DNA of 64,000 nt, from the NCBI RefSeq assembly GCF_009914755.1, contig NC_060925.1; one strand, 5' to 3'. The translations under genes and the position numbers were made by a program. Below are positions 13,924-26,710 of this stretch, one piece after another; positions within the stretch are counted from its first letter, which is position 1, and every line of letters begins with the position of its first letter. The stretch comes from the human T2T-CHM13v2.0 reference genome, Homo sapiens. The notes beneath the pieces were generated by a model, which did no database searches, had not been told where the DNA came from, and worked only from the letters and a program-made list of their open reading frames with translations.

Positions 13924-14862
13924 TGTTGTGGCTTTTGAAGTTTGGTGAGTGAGAGGGAATGGCGCCTGGCACGTTCTTTTCTGCTGCAGCCAGAGGAAGG
14001 GTTAGTGTTACAGGGTTCCTATGGTGCCACTTTCCCAGTGGGAAATCTCTGCAGCCACATGACCTCTGCCCAGGGCCTCACTCAGTCCTCTGGACTCACA
14101 CCATCCGCTTCAGCCCAGCAGGCTACACTCAGCTTGCACTACTGGCCCAGATCCCGTGCCTGCCATGGCTCCATCCTCAGCCCATGGCTGAACAGGGCAT
14201 GCCACAAAGTGGCTTCCATGTTGGGCACCAGTGTTTAGATGAGGTGGATGTGGTGGCGCCTGAAAACTAGGAGATGCCAGAAACCAGGAGTCCCAAGGAG
14301 TGTTACAGCTTTTGCTCGGGGAGTCCTGAGGTCTGAGCCCCCAGGAAATGTTACAGCTCTCTCTCATTCCTCCTGACTGCAGCTCAGTGAACAGGGACGT
14401 GTTACAGTTCATTCGTTCCCACTGCCCACAGCTCAGCAAGTTCCGGATTCTTGTCCCGCCACCAGAAGGAATAAGGTATACGGACACTGGAGAGTGAGTG
14501 GGGCAGAGAATAATTTTATCGAGTGACAGAAGGAAAGCTCTCAGTGGAGAGGGGATCTGAGAGTGGGTAACCCTCTGTGTGAGAGGGGACCCAAAAGCAG
14601 ATAGCCATCTGTGTGGCTGAGTCCAGGGTTTTTAAGGGCTCAGAATATGGGAGTGTGTGCTGATTGGTCTATGGGTGGTCTTGGAAAAAGCACCACTCAA
14701 TTGGTTTAAAGGCAACAAGGAAGTTCTCACTCTGGTTGTGGACTCTATCCAGAACTGGCAGCTCAGTCTTCAGGCTTTGAACTGTCATTGGCTTGAAGGT
14801 CAGGTTTCACCAGGGACCCATCCCTGTCTGCCTAGGAATCTGTCTGTCTCCTGTTGCTATTA
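13924..14862 (-). mobile_element. ERV1 solo LTR (LTR27/LTR28/MER52-related)
   Basis: GC-rich ~940-bp insert. Its reverse complement begins TAATAGCAACAGGAGACAGACAGATTCCTAGGCAGACAGGGATGGGTCCCTGGTGAAACC, like recalled LTR28-type 5' ends. 4-bp TSD CAAC at 13920-13923 and 14863-14866. Confidence 0.75.
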
Positions 14863-15222
14863 CAACTCTCCAATTCCTCCTTCCTCCAAACCCTGCCAAC
14901 CACCATTCTACCCTGCATCTGTGAGTTTTACTATACCTCAAGTAGAATCAAGTAGGATCATGAAGTATTTGTCCTTCTGTAATTGGCTTATTTCACATAA
15001 CATAATGTTCTCAAGGTTCATCCATGTCACATATTGCAGAGTTTCCTTCTTTATTTATTTAAGGTGCAATAATATTTCATTGTATGTGCATACCACATTT
15101 TCTTTATCCATTCATCTGCCTATGGGCATTCAGATTGTTTCCACACCTTGGTTATTGTAAATAATGTGGCAACAAACATGAGAGTCTTAATAATCTCTTT
15201 AAGATTCTGATTTTATTTCCTT

Positions 15223-15396
15223 TACATACATACATGTGTATATATATATACACACACACACATATACACACACATACACACACATATATACACACACATA
15301 TATATATCCTGCTTAGTGTGTGTATGTGTGTGTGTATATATATATGTATGTGTTTGTATATATATATATATATACACACACACACATACACACACT
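15223..15396. repeat. Compound (TA)n/(CA)n/(TG)n microsatellite
   Basis: Directly visible alternating purine-pyrimidine tract. Confidence 0.95.
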
Positions 15397-17530
15397 AAGT
15401 AGCAGGATTGCTGGATCATGTGGTGGCTCTATTTTTAATTTGGAGTGTTTTAAAGACCCTCCGTACTGTTTTCTATAGCAGCTGCACAATTTTGCATTCC
15501 TACCAGCAGTTTGCAAGGGTTTCAATTTCTCCAGAGCCTCACCAACACTTTGTCTTTTGTTATTTTTGTAATAAGCAGCCTAAGAGGTGCAAGGTGATAT
15601 CTCATTGTGGTTTTGATTTGTATTTCCCTGCTGATTAGTGATGTTGAATATCTTCATATACCTGTTGCCCATTTGTATTTCTTAGGTTGCTTTTTCACTC
15701 TGTTGATTATTTTCTTTCCCATGCAGATGCTTTTTAGTTTGATGTCCTCCCATTTGCCTATTTTTATTTTTGTCATGTAAATTTTTATATTAATGATTTA
15801 TATTAATTATATAACACTATATATATAGTGTTTGAAGTGATTGGGTTGATATCTCCAGAATATTATTTTGTGTCTATTATATATCATACCACATAACTAA
15901 AGTAGATATTTGTTTCATTTTATTTTTAAAAAAAGAAAAAATTTACAACAGCTGCTTTACCTCAGCCAACTTAAGAAAAACTTATGAATTGATTCATTTT
16001 TCAAAGTTAAAAAAATTGCATAATTTTACCTTAAAGGGATGGTTATCCCTAAAACCTGTCTTTGACAGGTTATATTATAATCTCTTAAAACTTTCTTTAA
16101 AATTTCTGATTCCCTAGGCCTGAGTTCAGACATAAAGTATCAGAATCTCGGGCAGCATGGCTTGCAGAATTTGTGTATATTTACTGTTTCCCCATTGACT
16201 GGATGTGCTCCTTGGAGTTTGAAGAGCCACCCCTTTTACTTTATTAACAAAGAATAAAATGGTCAGAAACAAGACTAGAAATTTCGATCTCCTGGGTCCT
16301 ACCAAATTGCCTCTGAATACTGTTCCTAACTAGGCAAAAGGCATGGAAGGACACAGACTATAGGAAACATTGCAGTGGACTGTCTTCCTTGCAAAATTGC
16401 TGGAGTTTTCCCTCTTTCAGGATCATCTATCTTGCATGTCTCTGTCAAGTGTACATTTTATATTTGTTTAAAGGAAACAGCAGTACTTATGCAGATGTAT
16501 GACGGCATATGGTCAGGATTTAGATGAGTGAATACTTGCACCTGGAAATCAAATATTAGTACAGGCAGACCCCTCTGCTTGCCCAGGGCAGCATCCACTG
16601 AACAGGGTAAGGGAAAGAGCTGCCAGATCAAACATAATCCAGATGTCTTTTCCATCTCTTCCTCTTCCCCATACAACCTTCCATTGTTTTCTCTGTCCTT
16701 TGGCGATATTTCTAAGTTTTTAAAGGAGAAATGAAGCCCAGAAAATAGAACTAAATGTTTTTAAAGCAGAACAATCATACTACCCACTGAGCAGTAAAAG
16801 CTTTCTTTTTTTCTTTTCTTTTCTTTTTTTTTTCCTTTGGTTTTGGCCTTTTAAGAGGTTTTATTTTCATTATCTTTTTCAAGAACATATCAGATGTTTG
16901 TAGTAATCCTTGGTCAAGGATTTAGAAGAGTGTCCTTTTTAGCTTAATTTTCCTATTGACTAGGCAATTTTTGAGAAAGTGCTATCTCAGATATCATAGA
17001 GTGTCAGTAATGCCCAGTTACCTTCAATGATTCTAACTTTTACATAGTGTTAACTGTCCATTTATTGCATTTTAATCTCAAACTGAGCTTGTTGCTTGGG
17101 GTAGGTAGTTCACTAGCAAAGGATCTTGTTTTATCTTTTCGAAACACTTTTCCCCCCTTAGGCATGTCATGCAAGCTCTTTGTACTTTAATATCTATACA
17201 TACTTCAGAGAGATAAAAAGAGGATACAATGTTGTAAATATGTTGATACTTTCTGATCACTCTGAAGCAGTAATTCATCATTCAAAATCTCCTATATAAA
17301 GATAGCTCTGTAAAACAGGCCAAAAAGCAGAGTGGGGTGTGGGAAGGCAGGGAAAACTGTCCAGGAATAAAGGCATGAAATGAAACAAATTTAAAACCTG
17401 CCAGTAGGCAAGAATTCTTCTAAACAGAAAAGAATGGCTGATAGTCTTCCAAAGAAGGAAGAAAAGAAGAAAGGGGGGGGGGGGGGTGGTGGAGAAAGAG
17501 AGAGACAAAGGAAGGGAAAGAGGGAGAGAG

Positions 17531-18029
17531 TGACATGTGAAGCCAGCTGGGCTTCTGGGTCGGGTGGGGACTTGGAGAACTTTTCTGTCTAGCTAGAGGA
17601 TTGTAAATACAACAATCAGTGCTCTGTGTCCAGCTAGAGGATTGTAAACACACCAATCAGCATTCTGTAAAAATGGACCAATCAGCACTCTGTAAAATGG
17701 ACCAATCACACTCTGTAAGATGGACCAATCACCACTCTGTAAAATGGACCAATCAGCACTCTGTAAAATGAACCAATCAGCAGGACATGGGCCGTGCCAA
17801 ATAAGAGAATAAGAGCTGGCCACCCCAGCATGCAGCAGCAACCTGCTCTGCTGCCCTTCTATGTTGTGGAAGGTTAGTTCTTTTGCTGTTTATCATAAAT
17901 CTTGCTGCTACTCAGTCTTTGGGTCTGTGCCACATTTAAGAGCTGTAACACTCACCGTGAGGGTCTGTGGCTTCATTCTTGAAGTCAGCGAGACCAAGAA
18001 CCCACCAGAAGGAACAAATTCTGGACACA
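17531..18029 (+). mobile_element. LTR12-family (ERV9) solo LTR, short LTR12F-like form
   Basis: TGACATGTGAAGCCAGCTGGGCTTCTGGGTCGGGTGGGGACTTGGAGAAC start, tandem GGACCAATCAGCACTCTGTAAAAT units, end GAACAAATTCTGGACACA. Confidence 0.92.
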
Positions 18030-18378
18030 TCAGGGAGGGAGGGAGGGAGACAAGCAGACTTGATAAGAAATGGCAGATTCTGGTGATTAATTTTTTTCCT
18101 ACATGACCTACAAACAATGCGTGTGATGTAAAGTTACCAGGTAGTGTGGTCCGATTTTTACTCAGTTATTGTTACTTGGCCCTTGTTCTCATTAACATCT
18201 TGCTCCTCAGATTTTCCAAGTATTTTATTAAGTGTTTGATATATGACTTTTTAAGACTTTTTGATCATTCCAGACCTAAGAAAGCTATCCATATTCTTTA
18301 AATTGGGTCATTATATTTATTTTGTAGAAAATCATTTATCAGAAAAAGGGTAAAAAAATTAGGACAGAAAAATAAGTT

Positions 18379-18690
18379 GGCTAGGCAGTGGCTCATGCCT
18401 ATAATCCCAGCACTTTGGGAGGCCGAGGCGGGTGGATTGCTTGAGCCCAGGAGTTTGAGACCACCCTGGGCAACTTGGCAAAACCCAATTTCTACAAAAA
18501 ATACAAAAATTAGCCCTGAGGGGTGGTGCACACCTGTAGTCTCAGGTACTCAGAAGGCTGAGGCAGGAAGATTGCCTGAGCCTAGGAGGTTGAGGTTGCA
18601 GTGAGCTGTGATTGCACCACTGCATTCCGGCCTGGGCAATAGAGTGAGACCATGTCTCAAAAAAAAAAAAAAAAAAAGAAAAAGAAAAGA
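18379..18690 (+). mobile_element. AluJ
   Basis: Full dimer with A tail; degenerate TSD AAAAATAAGTT/AAAAACAAGTT. Confidence 0.92.
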
Positions 18691-21600
18691 AAAAACAAGT
18701 TGTGTAAACTTTGTAGGAAGTACAAATGGTCATGGTCTTCAAATGTGTATGTAGCAGGGGAGAGTTGGTGTCAGACAGATGTGGGTTGGATTCCTTCCTC
18801 CTTTGCTAGATGCACCTGTGGTCTTTCTGAGACTCAAATTCTTCCTCAGTGAAATAGACATAAATTTTTTGACATTTAAACCAAGCAGAAGAGTGTAGAC
18901 CCTCTTCTAGACTGAATGTTTGGTACTCAGTCAGCTCTTGGTAAATATAAATCCTCCTTGCTAAAATTATTTTCTTCAAAATACTTCTGGTATTTGTTTT
19001 AGATGACAGTTCCCCAAATTGAGAACTTTTGTTACAAAACTGCTCCAGAGACATCTTTGAAAACCCAAGGCTGCAACTGCTGTCGGATTTCAGAATGAAA
19101 AGGAGGTTTTCCTCTGGCCTCTTTCACTCCTCAGTGGACTTTAAAGATGTTGGGAACAATTTGGTCTTGTTTTATGTGTCGTGGATTCTCTTTTTGTGAG
19201 ATAGTTACCTAAATTAGTAAAACATGTAGACAGCAAATGAACCAGACTCGCAATAACCCCCTGAGCAATTGGCCCTCAACTACTTACTTCACAAGGTCGT
19301 GTTCAAGGCTGGGTCAGGAGATTGATGTGTATAAAGACAGTTTAAATTCTTTGCAGAAAAGTGTCCTTGGTGTCATTGTTTATTGCCAGTAAGAATGAAA
19401 ATATCACCACCACTCTCATTAAAAGAAAATTGTATTAAAGCCTACTTTAAACTTGTTTCTTAGGTTCGTCCTGATAATACGGAAGGAAAAAAGTTTCCTT
19501 CCTACTTCCTCTCTTCCTTTTTTTTTTAAACACAAGCAAACAAAAACAAACCCTTCTAGTGCTCCTATATCCAAAGGAAATGAATTGCATACATACACAT
19601 CATCATGTTAGTAGTATGCCCCAGCAGGAAATCTTGAAATGATTGATACTTAAAGTGTTATCGTCTCAAGTGGAAACTCCCGTCAAATACAAATGTACAA
19701 CAGTTGCATTTTTTTCCTTCTCTTTCTTTTCTGCAAACATGTAATACAGCCCCAAAGAAATCATGCTGGCCAGCTTCCTTTCTCTCTATTTAGTGCCTTC
19801 CTTTTCCTCTCCCTATCTCTCCTCATTACCCAGCCGCAATTTGTACACGCACTCCATCCCCCCAACCCCCACCCATCTCTAGTATGTGAAAATAGAAAAG
19901 CATCTGAGTATCTGGGCAGCCTATCAGTTTGCTTAGGTTCATTTTAGCTAATCCAGACATCCCACACAGCAGGGGAAAAACTGCTGTATCTAGTGAAACA
20001 AGAGCATGAATAATTAAAACTCTGTTATTAATGAACTTCCAGTCGTTATGTAAATGAAACTGATTTCAAGTCTAATTTGTCAGCCTGAATTCTTTCTCTG
20101 TTCTTCCTTTGTCTAGGACAAGAACTCATCATAATGGACTTGATAATAAAACACTGGTAGACATGCTGTGTGCAGTGCCCATCTGAGTTAGGGCTTTTAC
20201 CGTGGTTAATTGATACAGTTACTCCAGAACAAGTCTATAAGGCATTTTGTATAGCTCTAAGTTTTAAAAGCCGCTCTTTTTCCTTTTGACAGGACTGCCT
20301 ATTCTTTGCACATACCTCATTATCATTTACCTTTACATGAGGGGTGGCATATAATTACTGCCTAGTAAATAGTTTCTTTTGCAATATCCGTGATATTCAA
20401 AGACAGCAGAGTTCAAAAAGGTCCAGGGGAAGAGAAGGCTGTAGTCTTCAGAGAATGACAAATAGCCACCAGGGAGAAAAAAAAAAAAAAGAAGAAGAAA
20501 AGAAAAAGGAATACTTGACAAAGTGTAGGACCACTAAGAACCAGTCGCCCACTGTTCTACCATCAAGTGTCACTCATGCTGTTGGTGGCATTGTCCAAGT
20601 GATACTGTGTTGTCGGTGGTCACATATTTCAGCTACGTTGTTTAGATCTACTGTATTGTTTGTGAAATCATTCACTGTTAAAATGACAACTTCAAATATC
20701 ACAATTTGATTTCCTATAGTTACAAATATTTTACACAACATAAAAGCAATAATTCTTTCAATAGAAAGCTATTCAGCAGTGTCAACTCATTGACAATTAT
20801 ACTAAGTTCTGATCTTTTTACATTTGGATTTTGAGAATGCTTGTGTATTATTTTTAGGGAATTATATAAATTAGATATCAGAAATTAATTACTATTTTGA
20901 ATATGTGGCACATGATTTTTTCACTATAAGATAATATATAAATAAGTAAAAGAAACTAATTTGTATTTTGGATCTGTTTGCTACATTAAATATTTAATTT
21001 CGTTCCATGTTTAGAAGGGGAAAAATGATCTCCATTCAGAAAGATTTTGTTTTTAAGCTGCAAGTGTTAAGAATATCATTCTTGCTAATCTAGTAGATTT
21101 TTCATTATTGAGATCATAGTACAAAGTAATATTAAAAATGAAAAATTTTTCTAGATCCCGCAAATGTTGGTACACTAACTCCTAGTTTTACGTCCCTATG
21201 ATGGTATTTATAGTGCCTTTGTGTCACTGAACTTAGAGAAATGTTGTCTCACTGTTGAGCTCTGCTATCTTTTGTTATTTTGCACCATTGCTTTGTTTAT
21301 AGTACTAAAGAATAAATGGTATACTAATCACTTTTGTCCAAACAAAGAAAAATGAAAATCTCAGCATCTGCCTGAAAGATGATCATTAGTCCTGCAGAGA
21401 TCCATCGTTTTAGCTTGTGGTACACAAATCTTTGGTCACCTGAAATGTGCCAGACACTGGGCTAAGCAAGGAAAATGAAAATTTTAAAACAGAGCAATTA
21501 TTTCAAAAAAGTGAGGAAAGACCAAGTAACCAATATTTACAATATAATATGAAAGGTACTATAAATGAGAAAGATACAGTGTACCACATGTGTACATGTG

Positions 21601-24600
21601 TAATGTGTCAGAGAAGTATTGTAAAGTAATCTGCAAGAAGCCAGAAGATAGAATGCTTCAGAGAAGACCATTATGGCTGCTTTGTCTAATGGCAAAATAT
21701 TACATGGCCTAAGCCCACTGTCAGTGTTGTCAGGTGCAAGGGTCTGGTTTTAATTTGATTCCTTTTCTCCCAGATGCATTACGTGGCAATTCCTGCCTCA
21801 ATTTCCCAGCCAGCAAAAGGTATACAGTTATTAAAAAACATGTCTGATTTTCATGATATCAAAGTGTAGGCTGAAGGTACAGGTTAAATAAATTCGGTTT
21901 CGTGCAGTTTTACAGGATTTTGACTAGGCCGTGGCATTACAGCAGGGACAGTGCAATTTGAGGTCTCATAATGCCCAGCTTGACCCTGCTCCAGTGACTG
22001 CCCTGCACATATCCATCAGGTCTGCATTGAAGAGATTTCATCTCTATTGTGCCTATGCCAGATCTTGCTATAACCACTTCTCAGTCTCACATTTTGATTA
22101 AACCTGGAGTTTGTCTAACTCAAACTAAACCTAGCAACTACCTACATTAAAAGACAAAAGCAACCCAGTGATAAGTACAAGACATGTAATGACATATAAC
22201 ATCTCTCTCTCTCACGCGCGTGCACACACACACACATACACACTATGTCTTTTTGTTTTCAATTGATAATATGGCTCATGGGGCTAGCAAGTCTGTTCAT
22301 TTAATTCCTAGCCAACTCCAGAAGTCATAAAAATGCATAATTTGAAATTAAAGTCAATTAAACCACATTGTTTCTTTGGAAAGTTAAAAGGAAAATACAC
22401 ATAAGTAATAGAAATCAATTATTGTATATTCCCAGGCCTGTTCTTACAAACTGAAGAGGTAATCAATCACTCTGGAGATTTCTACAAGGTAATTACTGTT
22501 TATTCTTTAATGATAGTGCCGTCTTCCTTTCTTCCTTCACACCAGCCCTTTGCAGCTGCCACCTCTAAGAAAGCAAATAAGCTACAGTTAAAAAAAAAAA
22601 AAGAAAAAAAACGACTGGAAGAAAGTTGGTGTCCTCATAATGTGGACAATAAGACTGCTGAACCTCATCCCCTTCTGTGACCTGAGGCTACGATACTTTA
22701 TGGCCCTTGCTGTATATACACATCATAACTGCTTTTCAGTAATAAATGCAGCCGTGGCTTTGAGAAAGGGCACTGCTGCATAGGGAGAATTAATGAGAAA
22801 TATCTTCCTTGTGGATGTTTAGTCATTTACAGGAATTAGGTACAAAAATAAGAAGCAGCTAAAAAAGAACATGGACCAATTAAGAATTTAAAACAACTAG
22901 CATCCAACTAAATCTCGTCCCCCTCTTTAAAAAAGACAGGGAGGAAAACAAAGAGTAAAAATAAATGCTACTGCTATTATCGAAAGCCAAAAGCACTAAC
23001 CAAGAGATTTTACAGCGCTCCAGTCAGAGCCTAGCTAATGAATATAAGTTACCTTAGCCGGTTTTAGCTGACTTTGAAATTAAAGTCTCAAACCCTTGCA
23101 TGCAGGGAGAGCTGGACTTGAGCAAAATGGACTTAATAAACTCCATTGTGCGGTTAGATCCCTAGTGAGATTTCCTGCCCATCCATGACCAATCGGTATT
23201 ATTTTTTCAGTGACTGGTACTTTTGTGAGCAAGATTGGGGTTTCTGGGAGTGATTAGCACTTTTCACCCTTGATTGACAGGTTCAAACAGAAATGAGACA
23301 ATAGGAGGAGTCATTAGGAATTCAAATGTAAGGTTGGTGTTTGCAGGCTTTGGGATTGATTTTAATAGAAAGGAACAATATATGTAAGAAAAGGAATTAA
23401 TGTTAAAAATGTTAACTTATGAAGTATAAATTAATCTTTTCAAATTAAAAAAAAATCAGAATTGAAATTAGTCAAAAATAATATGGATAGGAACAGAAAA
23501 ATTTAAATGTTTTTTCTAAATACTTTGTAGACAATGGATATATTCAGTTCCTTTCCTTAGCTATTTAAGACTTGAAGATTTAAAATTTTAGGGAAATTCT
23601 CAGTATTGAAAGTTTAGATTTGGTTTTCTCGAAGATTGAAAATCCTATAGAAACAAATAAGTATTGTTTTTCTAGGGAAAAGAAAATATGATGAAGTTCT
23701 CCATTATATCTAGGGAAGATACCAGAGGGAAATAATTATGGAGAGTGATTCTAGCATTGACCAGTAATTGATAATTGGCCACAAATAATTAGGGTAGTAT
23801 CTTCACTGGTATAAATTATGCTAATAGCTCAGCCTTGTCCCTAGGTGCTGATACTGGTTTCTTATAAGTAATTTGGTTTTAAATTCACATTATAAATTTA
23901 GCATACTATACTTGAAACTTTAATCCTGTTTGGCCTCAAAGCAAAGGCAGATAATTCAGAATTAAACAAGCCTAATCAAAGACAGAAAATAAAATGGACC
24001 CCAACATTTGTCAGAATTTTTAAATAAAAGTTGATTTCTTATGGAAAAGAAGTTTTCTGTGACAACAATGAATACAAACCATGTTTTTTAAAAGCAAAGC
24101 TAAAGAAGGGCAAAACGTATTATTTGAAGTCACCTCGGAAATTTGAATGGAAGCATTTCTGATAACCTCGTAAGTTGTTAATGTTTAAAGGATGATAGCA
24201 TAAATTCAATACCCTGTGCACGAAATAATCACTGCATCAGATTTTTATGCATATCCTGTGTGTAGCTCAGCATTCAAGCTGGATTTTTGAATATGTTGTG
24301 ACTAATTTATGCCAACTTTTCATCAACCTAGCATTTTTCATTTTTCAATTGACATACAAAGTTCTGTAATCTGTGTGCTCAGTATGTTAATATACTGAGA
24401 TGGTAAGAGAAAATCCAGTGCATCACAATCACAAAAGTAAACTGTGAGGGAGCCTCAGTGGAAGGAAAGGATGAAGAAAATAGTACAACCCAGTGAGGGG
24501 TTAGTGTTAGGTTTGATGTGGATTATTAATAAACCGCACTTCCCACATCACGAGATGACTTCTGTCCTTTTTTGACCAATCCACCTAGCACCTGTACTTC

Positions 24601-24633
24601 AATTTCCCTCCAAAAATTTAAAGCATGCTCTGT

Positions 24634-24781
24634 CAGTGGTTCTCACACTTTCCTGCAATTGGAATCACCTGAGAATCTTTCAGAAATTCTAAGACTTGGC
24701 TTCTGCCCCACACATTCTGATTTCTTAGTGTTTATCAGCAGTCCAGGAGGTTTTGATATCCAGCAAAATTTGAGAACCATT
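24634..24781. mobile_element. MER5-like hAT DNA transposon fossil
   Basis: Inverted ends CAGTGGTTCTCA...TGAGAACCATT; internal GGAATCACCTG. Confidence 0.7.
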
Positions 24782-26464
24782 TCTGTAAATGCTTTCTGCC
24801 TCTGTTTTTTCTAATTTGGTCTGAAAAGGCACCAGTGTCCTCTCCTATACATGGTTTTTTAAAAATGCTTCTCCATCTTGCGGTTGATTTCAGGGACACG
24901 GCTCCTTGATCTGCTGTCTTTTCTGAGAAGCGTCACATCAACATACCCAGTGCTTCTGTTAAAGTCGCTTACAGACTCACATCCACTCTCAACTTCTTTC
25001 TTATTTTCCCTTTTATACTCTTTCATCCCCTAAATTACTACAGATCAACTGTTATCCCTCTGAGTTTTCAGCTCTTATTCAATTTCCTATCTTTAGCTAT
25101 CTTTGGTATCTTATCCCCCAGTTTAAGCATGAAAAAGTTTCCTTTTCAGCATTACCTATTTCTTTCCCTTTTATCTAAAAAAACCACAGGCGGGCTCTAT
25201 TCCTTTCTTCAATCTTCATCCAAGAGCTAAGTTAAGACCCTTAGTGATTTTTTATCTCATTATAGTGGACTTCTGTTTCAGACTCTAGTTTTCTATCTGT
25301 CTTCTCCCAATAGGCTCATCACTTTCCTGTACAAAATGCTACTGTCAGACTTCTTGTCATTTCCCTTGCTCATTATGAACACCTCGTCAGTGTGCTTCTT
25401 AAACACATCCTATGCAATTCAGCTCTTTATTCTCTTTTCATAGGCTCCTTCTGTTCCAAGCTGTCCCTAGAATTATGGGTCTGGATAGGAGTCAGCCTGT
25501 GGACTGATAGCCATGCTTAATAAATGTTTCTGCACCAAAGAGCTTCTGCAGAGGGCGATTCTGCAACATGGATGACCAAGAGTCTCTCTAGAGTTCCTGG
25601 AATTGCTTTAGGCCTTAGAAACACGTGTTCCTTAAGTCATGTTCTTCTGCCTTTCAACAACCTATTTTATTCTAACGCACACATCTGGTACTGCATCAGA
25701 ATCATCCAAAGAGCCAGGAAGGAAGACCTAGGACTGATAGTTATATACATCTATAACTGTTCTGTTTTTCTTTTGTTCAAGTTATGCAAATTATGTACTT
25801 ATTTGAACAATTATAAAAAGAGTGGCTGCTGCCCTTTGGCCTTCCACATCAAGGGCCTGTTTCCTGCATCAACTGAGCTTTGTAAAATCCATCATTATCC
25901 CTGCTTCTATCCCCCGGTGCTCCTGCTCACCATTTCCCTTCCCAACAGATTCTACCCCCAACTGCTCCCTGTACCCAGCTGTTCCTCTTCCCTTTCTTGT
26001 TCGCATGCCCTTTTTCAAGTTCCACATTTTCATTTGCTAGGTCACCACCTTGAATTTTCTCAACTTCCTCTTGTAAATTTACTTCTTGCCATGGCACTTT
26101 TCTATGACAGCTTTTCAAATAAATCTTCTTTCGGAGGCAAAGAAACACACACAAAAACATTTTTTAAAGTCAAAGAAACATATACCAGTGAGAGAACCCT
26201 ATCTTCTTTGTGGGTGGGTTGTATTTCTGAACTATTGAACACACATACATGTCACATGATGATGGATGTCAAGTCCTGGATGTAGAAACAAGTTCAAATT
26301 AACGTGCAGCAGGAATAATTGCTCAAAGATCAAAAAGCAAATTTCAGTTGTCACATAGTGAGCTTAAAATGTCACAAAGCAAGTTGAAAGGAAGAATACA
26401 ATTATTTTTAATTTATTAATTTCAAATAAAGTCATTAATGCACAAAGGTAGAAAGAAGCTTGGT

Positions 26465-26710
26465 TTCCCTGAGTTTGGACTTCAGGTTTGGTCAGATCAG
26501 TTTCAAATCCTGACTGCAGTTTTGCTAGCTGTGTAACCCTCACAAATAATTTAACCTCTCATAGTCTGTTTCCTCACTGGTAACAGCAAGGTGTAAATAA
26601 TATTTTATTTCAAGGATATTTTTGAGGTCTAAATAAGGTAAGATCTGTTAAGCACATTGCAGGATTGGGAGGTAGGTAGAACTCTGTAAATGGTGGTTGA
26701 CATTATTATT
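26465..26710 (+). mobile_element. MIR SINE
   Basis: TTCAAATCCTGACTGCAGTTTTGCTAGCTGTGTAACC...AACCTCTC...GTTTCCTCAC. Confidence 0.75.

Larger units (their letters stand above)
13765..15775 (-). mobile_element. L1M (L1MA/L1MB-like) 3' portion, split by an ERV1 LTR and a microsatellite
   Basis: Antisense L1 3'UTR/ORF2-end motifs (TTTATTGTGGTAAGAATACTTACCATGAGATCTACC; CCACATTTTCTTTATCCATTCATC; GATATCTCATTGTGGTTTTGATTTG); the halves rejoin across the LTR as GAGCAAC/TCTCC. Confidence 0.85.

Noticed and set aside
13942-15638. Cluster of overlapping ORFs
   Set aside because: All lie in the GC-rich LTR, antisense L1 or microsatellite; no gag/pol/env similarity seen
22201-22243. (CT)n-(CG)n-(CA)n Z-DNA-prone tract
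   Set aside because: Common short microsatellite with no further context
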